Assembly: GCA_964477065.1 (NCBI GenBank)
Contig: CAYZCU010000002.1
Location: forward strand, 1-51,429
Source: an uncultured Gammaproteobacteria bacterium
GTDB lineage: Bacteria; Patescibacteriota; Microgenomatia; UBA1406; HO2-37-13b
Direction: 5' to 3'
Length of the DNA: 51,429 bases
Shown here: piece by piece, positions 1 through 9,021 of the stretch
Numbering within the stretch: the first letter of the stretch is position 1
Layout of the letters: every line of letters begins with the position of its first letter
Program-made: the position numbers and the translations under genes
The notes under the pieces: model-generated
What the model was told of the DNA's origin: nothing
Databases searched by the model: none
What the model saw: only the letters and a program-made list of their open reading frames with translations

Positions 1-1
1 A

Positions 2-328
2 GATAACCTTGTAGGATTGAAAGAAAATGTTATAATTGGAAGACTTATTCCAGTCACCCAAGAGCTCCTGCATAGCTATTATGGAGAAGCAGGCGAGGGA
101 TTGGATTCATCTGTAACCGAAAGTGATGTCGTATCTGAACCAGAAATGGTATCAGAAAAAATCATCCTTTCAGATGATGTGCTGAGTGAATCTGCTGAGG
201 ATACTTCAGAGGAAGAACCAGAAGATATGGAAGCCGAGCTTTCTGACGCACATGATCTTGTTGAACCAACAGATGATGAAATAGCTCAAGTTACTGAAGA
301 AGATCTCGATGACGAGACCGAAGCATAA
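2..328 (+). CDS. rpoC: RNA polymerase beta' subunit, C-terminal fragment (5' end outside the window) with an acidic tail of about 80 aa
   Basis: The frame is open from nt 2. DNLVGLKENVIIGRLIPV matches the conserved RpoC C-terminal block. It lies directly upstream of rpsL-rpsG-fusA. The remainder is a D/E/S-rich tail. Confidence 0.85.
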   Translation, partial: DNLVGLKENVIIGRLIPVTQELLHSYYGEAGEGLDSSVTESDVVSEPEMVSEKIILSDDVLSESAEDTSEEEPEDMEAELSDAHDLVEPTDDEIAQVTEEDLDDETEA

Positions 329-346
329 TACATTTACTAAATCACT

Positions 347-760
347 GTGCCAACCGTAAATCAACTTATTAAACATAACCGAAAGCCGAAGACGCAGAAA
401 GCTAATGCTGTGGGTCTGAAGCATTCATTTAACAGCGTTAAGCGACGACGTTCTCAAAACATGAGTCCGTTCAAGCGAGGCGTCTGTACGGTTGTACGTA
501 CGATGACTCCAAAAAAGCCGAATTCAGCTCTTCGTAAAGTAGCTCGTGTGAAGCTTTCAAATGGAGCAGAAGTGACAGCATACATTCCTGGTATTGGACA
601 TAATCTTGCTGAGCACTCAGTTGTTATGGTTCGAGGAGGTCGTGTTAAAGACCTTCCAGGAGTCAAATATCATATCGTTCGCGGTGTCTATGATACCCAG
701 GGAGTTGATAAGCGAGCAACATCACGTTCTAAGTACGGTGCACGAAAAGCAACTAAATAA
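347..760 (+). CDS. rpsL: 30S ribosomal protein S12
   Basis: [14 protein letters not shown]...[21 protein letters not shown]...[19 protein letters not shown] is the canonical S12 sequence. GTG start. Confidence 0.97.
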   Translation: MPTVNQLIKHNRKPKTQKANAVGLKHSFNSVKRRRSQNMSPFKRGVCTVVRTMTPKKPNSALRKVARVKLSNGAEVTAYIPGIGHNLAEHSVVMVRGGRVKDLPGVKYHIVRGVYDTQGVDKRATSRSKYGARKATK

Positions 761-777
761 TATTACATTAAACTAAC

Positions 778-1251
778 ATGCCACGAAGAGGATATAAAAG
801 ACAACCCGTAGGACTCGATCCAGTACATGATAGCCATGAAGTGGCTAAACTGATCAACTATGTCATGCAAGATGGAAAAAAGAGCGTCGCTCAAAAACAA
901 GTCTATGCAGCATTTGATGCGATCAAAGAGGCAAAACTTGATCCAATGGAGGTCCTACAAAAAGCTATTTCACATGTTGCCCCTGCTAAGGAAGTCAAAC
1001 CGAAGCGTGTTGGAGGAGCATCATATCTCGTCCCTGTTGATACTCGACAACAGCGCAAAGTATTTTTAGCACTTAACTGGATTATCACTGCCGCTCAAGC
1101 ACGATCAAACAAGCAATACAAGACCTTCGGTCAGAAGTTGCAAGCAGAGCTTCTTGATGCGTATAATAATCAAGGAGAAGCAGTCAATAAACGACTTCAA
1201 GTTGAAAAACTTGCAGCTGCAAACAAAGCATTTGCTCATTTCAACTGGTAA
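778..1251 (+). CDS. rpsG: 30S ribosomal protein S7
   Basis: MPRRG...VKPKRVGGASYLVPVDTRQQRK...AFAHFNW is typical S7, in the expected position after rpsL. Confidence 0.96.
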   Translation: MPRRGYKRQPVGLDPVHDSHEVAKLINYVMQDGKKSVAQKQVYAAFDAIKEAKLDPMEVLQKAISHVAPAKEVKPKRVGGASYLVPVDTRQQRKVFLALNWIITAAQARSNKQYKTFGQKLQAELLDAYNNQGEAVNKRLQVEKLAAANKAFAHFNW

Positions 1252-1269
1252 ATTTTCTCACTCGCTCAT

Positions 1270-3366
1270 ATGGCACAAAATATCATTACGAAGAACAGAA
1301 ATATTGATCCGGATAAGATTCGAAATATTGGTATTATTGCGCACATTGATGCTGGTAAAACAACGACAACGGAGCGAATACTTTTTTATACGGGTCAGTC
1401 ATACAAAATCGGAAATATTGATGATGGTGACACACAGATGGACTGGATGGAGCAGGAAAAAGAGCGTGGTATTACCATCGTCTCTGCTGCGACGACAACT
1501 TTCTGGAAAGAGCACCGTATCAACATTATTGATACCCCAGGGCATGTGGACTTCACAGCTGAGGTAGAACGATCTTTGCGAGTTCTGGATGGTGCGGTCA
1601 TGGTCTTTGATGCTGAGGAAGGTGTTCAATCACAGTCTGAAACAGTCTGGCGTCAAGCTGATAAATACAACGTCTCCCGTATTGCTTTCATCAACAAGAT
1701 GGATAAATTGGGCGCAAATTTTGAAAATACACTTGATGATATTCGAAACCGTCTTGGTGCACGACCGGTGCCACTTGTCTATCCGATCGGAGCTGAAAAT
1801 GACTTTGTCGGTGTTGTTGATCTTGTCAATATGAAGGCACTTGTATGGGGTAAAGATGACAAAGGCGTTGAAATTGAAAAAAAGGAAATTCCAGCTGAAC
1901 TCGCTGATGCAGTCGCAAAGTATCGATCAGACATGATTGAAGCAGCCGCTGAGTCTGATGATGCACTGATGGAAAAATATTTGGCTGGTGAAGAGTTGAC
2001 AACAGCTGAAATTAAGCAAGGAATTCGTAAAGCAACTATTGCCTATGATATTGTCCCTGTTTACTGTGGTACATCACTCCGAAACAAAGGAGTTCAACCA
2101 GTTTTGGATGGAGTTGTTGATTATCTGCCGTCTCCAAAAGACTTGCAGGTTGTCAAAGGTCTTGACCCAAAAACGGGTGACGAAATTTCACGACCGCTTT
2201 CTACTGAAGAGCCACTGACTGCTATGGCATTCAAGATCCAGCTCGACCCACATGTGGGTAAGCTGACGTATGCTCGTGTGTATGCAGGTGTCCTGAAAGC
2301 TGGCTCATATGTCTACAATGTTGGGAAGCGACAGCGCGAGCGTGTCGGACGTATCCTCTTGATGCATGCAAACCAGCGCGAGGAAATTGATACCGCCTAT
2401 GCTGGAGAAATTGTTGGTCTTATTGGACCAAAGTCCACAGGAACTGGAGATTCATTGACAGATGAAGCACATCAAATGATGCTTGAGCAGATTACATTCC
2501 CAGAACCAGTTATCTCACTTGCTATTGAACCAAAAACAAAGTCCGATCAAGAAAAGCTTTCATTTGTCTTGCAACGACTTGCTGAAGAAGATCCAACATT
2601 CCGAGTCAAAGTTGATCATGAAACAAATCAGACGATTATCTCAGGGATGGGAGAGCTTCATCTGGAAATCATCGTCGATCGTATGAAGCGTGAAATGGGT
2701 ATGGACGTCAATGTTGGTAAGCCACAAGTCGCCTATCGTGAAGCTATCTCAAAGTCTATCGAATCTGAAGGTAAATACATTAAGCAAAGTGGAGGTCGTG
2801 GACAATATGGTCACTGTTATGTCCGCCTTGAACCACTTGGTCGCGGTGAAGGATTTGAATTTGTGAATGCAATCAAGGGAGGAACAATTCCACAAGAATA
2901 CATCCCATCTGTTGAAAAAGGAATTATCGAAGCAATGGAAAAAGGTGTCTTGCTTGGATACCCACTTGTTGACATAAAAGCAACCTTGTACGATGGCTCA
3001 TTCCATGATGTCGACTCATCAGATATGGCATTTAAGGTAGCAGGATCAATCGCCTTGCAAGAAGGAGCAAAGCGCGCTGGCTTGCAACTCCTTGAGCCTA
3101 TCATGAAGCTTGAAGTGACAGTCCCTGATGAATTCATGGGGGCAATCATTGGAGACATCTCAAGCCGACGTGGAAAGATTCAAAGTACTGAAACGCGCGG
3201 TAAATCAGTCGTCATCACTGCATTTGCACCATTGGCTGAGCTTTCAGGATATGTTACGACTATCCGCTCACTCACCCAAGGTCGAGGTATTCCTTACATG
3301 GAGCCTGCTCATTATGAGGAAGTTCCTGTCAATGTCGTACAGAAGCTTCAATCAGCACAGGTATAA
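1270..3366 (+). CDS. fusA: Elongation factor G
   Basis: 698 aa. G1 motif [12 protein letters not shown], then DTPGHVDF and NKMDK. Full-length EF-G domain order, positioned after rpsG. Confidence 0.97.
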   Translation: MAQNIITKNRNIDPDKIRNIGIIAHIDAGKTTTTERILFYTGQSYKIGNIDDGDTQMDWMEQEKERGITIVSAATTTFWKEHRINIIDTPGHVDFTAEVERSLRVLDGAVMVFDAEEGVQSQSETVWRQADKYNVSRIAFINKMDKLGANFENTLDDIRNRLGARPVPLVYPIGAENDFVGVVDLVNMKALVWGKDDKGVEIEKKEIPAELADAVAKYRSDMIEAAAESDDALMEKYLAGEELTTAEIKQGIRKATIAYDIVPVYCGTSLRNKGVQPVLDGVVDYLPSPKDLQVVKGLDPKTGDEISRPLSTEEPLTAMAFKIQLDPHVGKLTYARVYAGVLKAGSYVYNVGKRQRERVGRILLMHANQREEIDTAYAGEIVGLIGPKSTGTGDSLTDEAHQMMLEQITFPEPVISLAIEPKTKSDQEKLSFVLQRLAEEDPTFRVKVDHETNQTIISGMGELHLEIIVDRMKREMGMDVNVGKPQVAYREAISKSIESEGKYIKQSGGRGQYGHCYVRLEPLGRGEGFEFVNAIKGGTIPQEYIPSVEKGIIEAMEKGVLLGYPLVDIKATLYDGSFHDVDSSDMAFKVAGSIALQEGAKRAGLQLLEPIMKLEVTVPDEFMGAIIGDISSRRGKIQSTETRGKSVVITAFAPLAELSGYVTTIRSLTQGRGIPYMEPAHYEEVPVNVVQKLQSAQV

Positions 3367-3381
3367 GATCCAGTAGCTTCA

Positions 3382-3390
3382 TGGTACTAT
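3382..3390 (+). promoter_or_regulatory. Extended -10 element TGgTACTAT, 6 nt upstream of ATG 3397 (leaderless-type)
   Basis: Read directly: TGGTACTAT-gaaagt-ATG. Confidence 0.5.
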
Positions 3391-3396
3391 GAAAGT

Positions 3397-3717
3397 ATGA
3401 GTCATCGTCATACCTCTCACTCATTAATACCGCCTACCTATGCAATCTATGCAGTTTTACTGAGTATAGGAGCTCTCGTGAGCATCATATACCTACCTCC
3501 GACATCTCTGTTTATAGTGGGGTTTGTGTCATGCATGGTAGCGGGAAGTCTGTACTATGGATTGACACCACTTCTGTCCTTACCTAATCGTGTGCTTGTT
3601 TTTGTAAGTGTCGCAGGCTTTTTGATACTGAGACTTTCTGCTGTGCTGACTATCTTGAATGCGACATTGCTCCTCAGTCTGATCGTAACTATAGCCGTAC
3701 TGTTGCGTCAAAAATGA
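3397..3717 (+). CDS. Small polytopic membrane protein, unknown function
   Basis: 106 aa, almost entirely hydrophobic, about 3-4 TM segments. Lies immediately upstream of the GT2 synthase gene. Confidence 0.6.
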   Translation: MSHRHTSHSLIPPTYAIYAVLLSIGALVSIIYLPPTSLFIVGFVSCMVAGSLYYGLTPLLSLPNRVLVFVSVAGFLILRLSAVLTILNATLLLSLIVTIAVLLRQK

Positions 3718-3723
3718 TATACT
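3715..3723 (+). promoter_or_regulatory. Extended -10 element TGaTATACT, 6 nt upstream of ATG 3730 (leaderless-type)
   Basis: Read directly: TGATATACT-gtctcc-ATG. It overlaps the stop codon of the preceding ORF. Confidence 0.5.
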
Positions 3724-3729
3724 GTCTCC

Positions 3730-5214
3730 ATGCGAGATCATGCAGTTATACAGAAAACCTTTTTGTATCGGTTCTCTGAAAAGGCAATACCGACGCTTGT
3801 CTGGATAACAATTCTCATGCCTGTCTGGCTTTCTCCATTTCATCCGGCTGTTTCTGCCTATCTTATCCTTGGGTACCTTATCTACTTTCTCTATAAAGCC
3901 CTCAAGATGTCATATTATGGCATAGTATCCTTTCGCTTGATGAATAGGGCAGAGCGAACAGACTGGAGTGCATTACTTTCACAAGAGTCAGAGGCAGACA
4001 CGGTACATCATTTTGCCATGATTGTTATTGCGACAGAATCGGAGACTAAGGTCGAAAAGACACTCGAGTATATGCGTGATCAAAAATATGATCATACGAA
4101 ACTCAACATTATCCTTGCGATGGAAGACCGTATCGAAGGCTCACATGAAAAAGGGGACTATCTTCTGAAAAAGTTTAAGGGCGATTTTCACTCTATCGAA
4201 GCAGTGTATCATACGCTTGTTGAAGGGGAAGTTATTGGGAAGGCAAGCAATGCAACATTTGCATCAAAGAGAATTAGTGAAATCGCTCAAAAAAGAGGTC
4301 TTGATCCAAAGAACATCCTGATATCCGTCTGTGATGCGGATAGCCTTTTGCCCGATGAATACTTTTCATATCTTACGTATAAATTTTTGCATGAAGAAGA
4401 TCGAGAGTATCGTTTTTACGCAGCTCCCGTCCTTTTGTACAACAACTATTGGAAACTTCCCTTTCCCGTACGGATGCAGATGACATTATCATCAGTCGCT
4501 CGCGTGAGCTTCTTGTCTCAAAAAGACGATCTTATACAAATTTCAACCTATTCTCTCACCCTCTGGATGCTTGAAGAGGTCGGCTACTGGGATGTTGATA
4601 TAATCCCTGAGGATTGGCATATCTGGATGCAAGCATTTTATGAGCTGGGTGAAAAGGTCAAGACAATTCCGTTGTATACGCCCATTATCCGTGATGGTGT
4701 TTTGCGTCCAACGTATATGAAGACACTCAAAATGCGCTATGATCAAGAGAAGCGATGGGCATGGGGAGTAACAGATGTGCCGTATTCAATTGCACGTTTT
4801 TTTAACAGTCCACATATAAACTTTTGGGTCAAATTAAGAAGAATCTTATTTGTGACAGAGAATCATTTTATGTGGCCAACAGCGTTTTTTTTGCTCACGG
4901 TAAGTGCCTCAATCCCAGGCCTCATTAATCCAGCATTTGAGCGAACAGTCCTTGGCCTGCTTCTACCAAAATTAGCCTCATTTATACTTTCATCTGCGTC
5001 AATTATGCTCCTGCTTGCTGTGTACTTTGATTACCAGCTTCGTAAGCGAATCAATATCGATACAAGCTGGAAGCAAGTCCCCATGCTGTTTATTCAATGG
5101 TATCTGCTTCCCGTTGTCTCATTTATCTTTTCTGCGCTACCGGCACTTGATGCGCACACACGGTTGTTGCTGGGAAAGAAGCTTGAGTATAAGACGACAA
5201 AGAAGGTCGACTAA
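3730..5214 (+). CDS. Membrane-embedded family-2 glycosyltransferase, processive (cellulose/chitin/hyaluronan-synthase-like)
   Basis: 494 aa. N-terminal TMs, a cytoplasmic GT-A core with CDAD and PEDWH, a Q-x-x-RW motif (QEKRWAWG), and C-terminal TM bundles. Confidence 0.7.
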   Translation: MRDHAVIQKTFLYRFSEKAIPTLVWITILMPVWLSPFHPAVSAYLILGYLIYFLYKALKMSYYGIVSFRLMNRAERTDWSALLSQESEADTVHHFAMIVIATESETKVEKTLEYMRDQKYDHTKLNIILAMEDRIEGSHEKGDYLLKKFKGDFHSIEAVYHTLVEGEVIGKASNATFASKRISEIAQKRGLDPKNILISVCDADSLLPDEYFSYLTYKFLHEEDREYRFYAAPVLLYNNYWKLPFPVRMQMTLSSVARVSFLSQKDDLIQISTYSLTLWMLEEVGYWDVDIIPEDWHIWMQAFYELGEKVKTIPLYTPIIRDGVLRPTYMKTLKMRYDQEKRWAWGVTDVPYSIARFFNSPHINFWVKLRRILFVTENHFMWPTAFFLLTVSASIPGLINPAFERTVLGLLLPKLASFILSSASIMLLLAVYFDYQLRKRINIDTSWKQVPMLFIQWYLLPVVSFIFSALPALDAHTRLLLGKKLEYKTTKKVD

Positions 5215-5948
5215 AATTCTCCTGATCCGAAGTTCACATTGATCGCCGTTGGGCTTGTGCCAATACCAACATGTGTCCATCCAGTATCAAGCTGGTTTGC
5301 ATTATGGCCAGGGCTTTGTGAGAAAACCCATTCAATAACATGCGTGCCTGAAAGTGGTCCGCCATAAAATGAATTTTCACCGACTCGATTGAAGCGAAGC
5401 TGATTAAAGCCATCCTGTTCGTTCAAATACGTGTTGAAGCCAGCATGCTTATCAGTTCCTTTGATTGTGTCAAAGTACGTGGCACGCTGTTGCGCGTAGG
5501 AAGCCAGTCGATCGTTCCAAGCGAGTGCTTGGCTCCCTTTGGTGGCTCGATACGCGTTGAGGGCCTGAAACACCTCCTCAGGTGTAGCCATAGATGCGTC
5601 ATAGCCTACTTTAATTGAATACGTCACATCATCAACCTTGTGTGCAACACCCCATGGCTCATCTGGCGTGGTGCTTGCAGTAGCCGATTTTCGAGCAATA
5701 CTAGGTCCTGATGTCGGTTGAACCTGTCTGATCTGAAGCTGGTCATTGGAGCTTACAGCCTGCCTTTGTGATACAAATGAATGCGTTTGTTGTTGATAGT
5801 CGAGTAATTTTTTGCGAATACGTTGCAGATTGTTTTTATTTTGATAGATATTCCACCCAAGAATCACCATAAACGTGCACAATGCCAAAAGCACAATTGA
5901 TGATCTAGTGATATGATACTGGTTACGAGTTTTGACGGTAGCGTTCAT
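5211..5948 (-). CDS. Membrane-anchored or secreted CAP (SCP/PR1-like, YkwD-type) domain protein
   Basis: N-terminal TM. The C-terminal region ALNAYRATKG...YAQQRATYF...GENSFYG...SPGHNANQL...WTHVGIG resembles the CAP/SCP fold. Confidence 0.65.
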   Translation of the reverse strand: MNATVKTRNQYHITRSSIVLLALCTFMVILGWNIYQNKNNLQRIRKKLLDYQQQTHSFVSQRQAVSSNDQLQIRQVQPTSGPSIARKSATASTTPDEPWGVAHKVDDVTYSIKVGYDASMATPEEVFQALNAYRATKGSQALAWNDRLASYAQQRATYFDTIKGTDKHAGFNTYLNEQDGFNQLRFNRVGENSFYGGPLSGTHVIEWVFSQSPGHNANQLDTGWTHVGIGTSPTAINVNFGSGEF

Positions 5949-6528
5949 CTATGCGATCCCAGTTGATAACATGCCATATTGCACTGAGATAGTCAGCACG
6001 TCGGTTATTGTACAGCAGATAATACGCATGTTCCCAAACATCAATGCCCAGCAGTGGAATGTCCCCAGTCATGAGGGGAGAATTCTGGTTAGGCGTCGTT
6101 ATAATCTGGAGTGCTCCCTCGTGCATAACAAGCCATACCCACCCACTTCCAAACACCGTGAGAGCCTTTTTTGACATCTCTTCTTGAAACTGTGCAATAG
6201 ATCCAAATGACGCTTCCAATGCCTCCTTGAGCGATCCTTGAGGCTGAGATGCCCCACCTGGCGTAAGTGACTCCCAGAAGAGGGTATGATTAGCATGTCC
6301 TCCACCATTGTTTGTGACAGGTGTACGTAATGTCTCAGGTAATGAATTTATCGAGGAGAGAAGTTCCTCAAGAGGCATGTTTTGATACTCGGGGAAATTT
6401 TCGAACGCTGTGTTGAGGTTCGTAATATACGTTGCATGATGCTTATCATGATGTAGGTGCATTGTTGCAGTATCAATATGTGGTTCAAGTGCATCGTAAG
6501 CAAAGGCAAGTTCAGGTAATGTAAACAT
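5923..6528 (-). CDS. sodA: Fe/Mn superoxide dismutase
   Basis: MFTLPELAFAYDALEPHIDTATMHLHHDKHHATY...GSGWVWL...DVWEHAYYL. Start moved to the internal ATG at 6528, since the 37-aa upstream extension in the ORF track has no SOD homology. Confidence 0.93.
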   Translation of the reverse strand: MFTLPELAFAYDALEPHIDTATMHLHHDKHHATYITNLNTAFENFPEYQNMPLEELLSSINSLPETLRTPVTNNGGGHANHTLFWESLTPGGASQPQGSLKEALEASFGSIAQFQEEMSKKALTVFGSGWVWLVMHEGALQIITTPNQNSPLMTGDIPLLGIDVWEHAYYLLYNNRRADYLSAIWHVINWDRIDERYRQNS

Positions 6529-6615
6529 GGCGTAGTATGTACTAATAACAGCATCATTGTACGGCTCATAGCGTGGTCTGTCAAATAGAACCCAAGGATC
6601 CGCTCTGAGATTATT

Positions 6616-6624
6616 TGGTATACT
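6616..6624 (+). promoter_or_regulatory. Extended -10 element TGgTATACT, 7 nt upstream of ATG 6632
   Basis: Read directly: TGGTATACT-atcgagt-ATG. Confidence 0.45.
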
Positions 6625-6631
6625 ATCGAGT

Positions 6632-6958
6632 ATGTTCAAGAGAATCCCGCGTGTCGTGAGTATCTATCTCATCTCATTGACGATCATGATTGGCCTCTTT
6701 GTGCTGAAATACAATGATCTTCCCCTGCAGGTCCCCCTTTTTTACTCATTACCAGAATCAGAGAGTCAAATTGTTCCTATGTTGTACCTGTTGTGGATTC
6801 CAGTAATTGAAGGATTACTGCTGATATGCAATGGCGCAGTCCGTGCATTGTGGTTTCGGGAATCGCACCTGGCAAACGATATTATTACCTGGACTGATTA
6901 CACCGTGTGCATAGGGTTTACGTATGTATTTATCAAAATTGTGACGCTTGTTTCATGA
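6632..6958 (+). CDS. Small membrane protein, unknown function
   Basis: 108 aa, about 3 TMs. Its stop overlaps the next gene's start (ATGA at 6955), suggesting translational coupling to the GT4 gene. Confidence 0.55.
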   Translation: MFKRIPRVVSIYLISLTIMIGLFVLKYNDLPLQVPLFYSLPESESQIVPMLYLLWIPVIEGLLLICNGAVRALWFRESHLANDIITWTDYTVCIGFTYVFIKIVTLVS

Positions 6959-8034
6959 TTCCTGTCATACATATTCTCATAGTAAGTTTCTGTGCTGGAC
7001 TCATATCTCTTGCAGTAACGCCTGTTGTGATAGCTCTATCCAAGAAGTATGGATTTGTGGATGATCCGCAGAAGCGATCACATCCCGCACGCGTCCATAC
7101 GGGGATCATACCACGTGCAGGTGGGCTGGTTCTGTACTTTTCTATTCTCGTAACAGCCCTTTTATTTCTCAAGATGACGCCAATTTTGATAGGGATACTC
7201 CTTGGTGGCGGAGCAATAATCGTTATGGGCTTACTCGATGACTTATTTGATACATCACCGATAGGGAGACTTATAGCAAGCTTTATTATCGTTGGTTTTG
7301 TTATTTTATGTGGGATAGGCGTTCCGTACATCACCAATCCATTTGGTGGGGTGATTCATCTTGATCAGTATAAATGGACAATTGAGCTATTTGGAAGTAA
7401 ACATAGTTTTCTCTTTCTCTCAAACATCTTCTCACTATTGTGGATTGTGGCGATTATGAACTTTGTGAGTTGGAGTAGTGGTGTTGATGGGCAGTTGCCC
7501 GGATTTGTTGGTATATCATGTATTTTTATTGGTCTGCTTGCCTTTCGCTTTTCAGCACATGAAATATCGAGTGAGACAGTAGGTGTTTTCGCATTTATCG
7601 TCGCGGGTGCATTTTTGGGCTTTTTACCGTGGCATTTTTACCCTCAAAAAATCATGCCTGGGTACAGTGGTGGTGCACTGGCAGGATTTCTTCTCGGTGT
7701 GCTGTCGATTTTATCCTGGAGTAAAATTGGGACTGTTGCACTTGTGCTCTCTGTGCCCCTTGTTGACGCTGTCTATATCATCATTCGTCGTATCAAAAAT
7801 GGCACGTCACCTGTCAGGGCAGACCGTGGTCATTTTCACCATCGGCTCATGGAAATCGGGTGGGGCAAGCGTCGTATTGCTGTCTTTTATTGGTTAATCT
7901 CAGCCATTTTTGGTAGTACTGCGCTTTATTTTGAACGCCAGGAGAAGCTGTTTGCGCTTGGTGTGAGTGCACTCTTGCTTGCTTTTTTTATCTCCTTTAT
8001 CAATCGTATTAAAGACCTTGATATCAGGAAGTAA
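6955..8034 (+). CDS. Polyprenyl-phosphate N-acetylhexosamine-1-phosphate transferase (GT4, MraY/WecA/TagO family)
   Basis: Polytopic. Has GLLDDLFD, NFVSWSSGVDGQ and a C-terminal HFHHRL-type motif. Start set to ATG 6955 on the basis of the ATGA overlap. Confidence 0.8.
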   Translation: MIPVIHILIVSFCAGLISLAVTPVVIALSKKYGFVDDPQKRSHPARVHTGIIPRAGGLVLYFSILVTALLFLKMTPILIGILLGGGAIIVMGLLDDLFDTSPIGRLIASFIIVGFVILCGIGVPYITNPFGGVIHLDQYKWTIELFGSKHSFLFLSNIFSLLWIVAIMNFVSWSSGVDGQLPGFVGISCIFIGLLAFRFSAHEISSETVGVFAFIVAGAFLGFLPWHFYPQKIMPGYSGGALAGFLLGVLSILSWSKIGTVALVLSVPLVDAVYIIIRRIKNGTSPVRADRGHFHHRLMEIGWGKRRIAVFYWLISAIFGSTALYFERQEKLFALGVSALLLAFFISFINRIKDLDIRK

Positions 8035-8043
8035 TGGGTGCGT

Positions 8044-8967
8044 CTATGGAGTTACACGTGTGTAGTCTGCAGATATCCATCCTGTTTTGCCTTTGATATA
8101 TTCAATCAGATACCAACCAGATTTTTCATCCTGGACGCTAAAGATATCCCCAGGCGTCACTTTTGCAGATTCAGATGCACTTGTTGATGGAGCAGATCTT
8201 ACGCGAAGCCATCCAGTATCGGTCTTGAGTATCTCGATTTTTTTCAAACCAGGTGCAGGCGTTGTTTTAAGCACGCCCGTTGGTGTCGGGGTCAGAGTTC
8301 CTGATGCGCTTGCCTGTAAGTCAGCACTATCTGATGCCTCAAGGCGTTTTTTATCAAGCTCAACCTTTTTATGTGTTGGGTCAAGAGCAAGCTGATAGTC
8401 AGCAATAACTTTGTACCCTTCTTGGACCTTGATTTTTTGGCTGCGGCGAAAGAATCCAGGGCTAAATACAGAGAGTTCATGATCGCCTTCAAGGACGTTG
8501 CTCAGAATCAATGGGGCAATGCCTTGTTCTTCATCATCAAGATAGACGATTGCGCCATCAGGTTTTGTGCGAATATCAATCTGGCCTATATGCTTTTTAT
8601 CAGGCTTTGTGAGCATTTTTTCAACGGTGAGAACAACACCCGATGAGGTCACATCACTTGAACCGATTTCTCTGCTGACAAAGGTACGTGCATTATGTGA
8701 AATATGCACCTTCCCATTCCACGTTGCAGATGACGAACCCTCACGAGCGTCAGGGACAAGCTTAATAAGCACATCACCTTCAGCAAGTGTTGCTTCAAAA
8801 GGGGTTCTGCCGACTGGTTTATTGCTAATAAAGACATTAGCTGTTGGGGAAGAAATAATCTGAAGTCGTCCGTCTTTATTTGTTTGAGAGGTGTATATAA
8901 AACGTATACTCGCAAATAAGCAGAATATGATAAAGAGCAGAATAAGGTACCGAAGCTTCTTTTTCAT
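8044..8967 (-). CDS. Membrane-anchored protein with two PEGA-like domains and a C-terminal SH3b domain
   Basis: MKKKLRYLILLFIIFCLF signal anchor. PEGA-like beta segments (IISSPTANVFISNKPVGRTP, IRTKPDGAIVYLDDEEQGIAP). C-terminal GWLRVRSAPS...GWYLIEY..GKTGWISADY is SH3b-like. Start moved to ATG 8967. Confidence 0.6.
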   Translation of the reverse strand: MKKKLRYLILLFIIFCLFASIRFIYTSQTNKDGRLQIISSPTANVFISNKPVGRTPFEATLAEGDVLIKLVPDAREGSSSATWNGKVHISHNARTFVSREIGSSDVTSSGVVLTVEKMLTKPDKKHIGQIDIRTKPDGAIVYLDDEEQGIAPLILSNVLEGDHELSVFSPGFFRRSQKIKVQEGYKVIADYQLALDPTHKKVELDKKRLEASDSADLQASASGTLTPTPTGVLKTTPAPGLKKIEILKTDTGWLRVRSAPSTSASESAKVTPGDIFSVQDEKSGWYLIEYIKGKTGWISADYTRVTP

Positions 8968-9006
8968 AAGTGTGCCTATTATAGTAGATCGATCTGAAGC
9001 TGGCAA

Positions 9007-9015
9007 TGGTATAAT
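9007..9015 (+). promoter_or_regulatory. Extended -10 element TGgTATAAT, 6 nt upstream of obg ATG 9022 (leaderless-type)
   Basis: Read directly: TGGTATAAT-gcagat-ATG. Confidence 0.55.
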
Positions 9016-9021
9016 GCAGAT

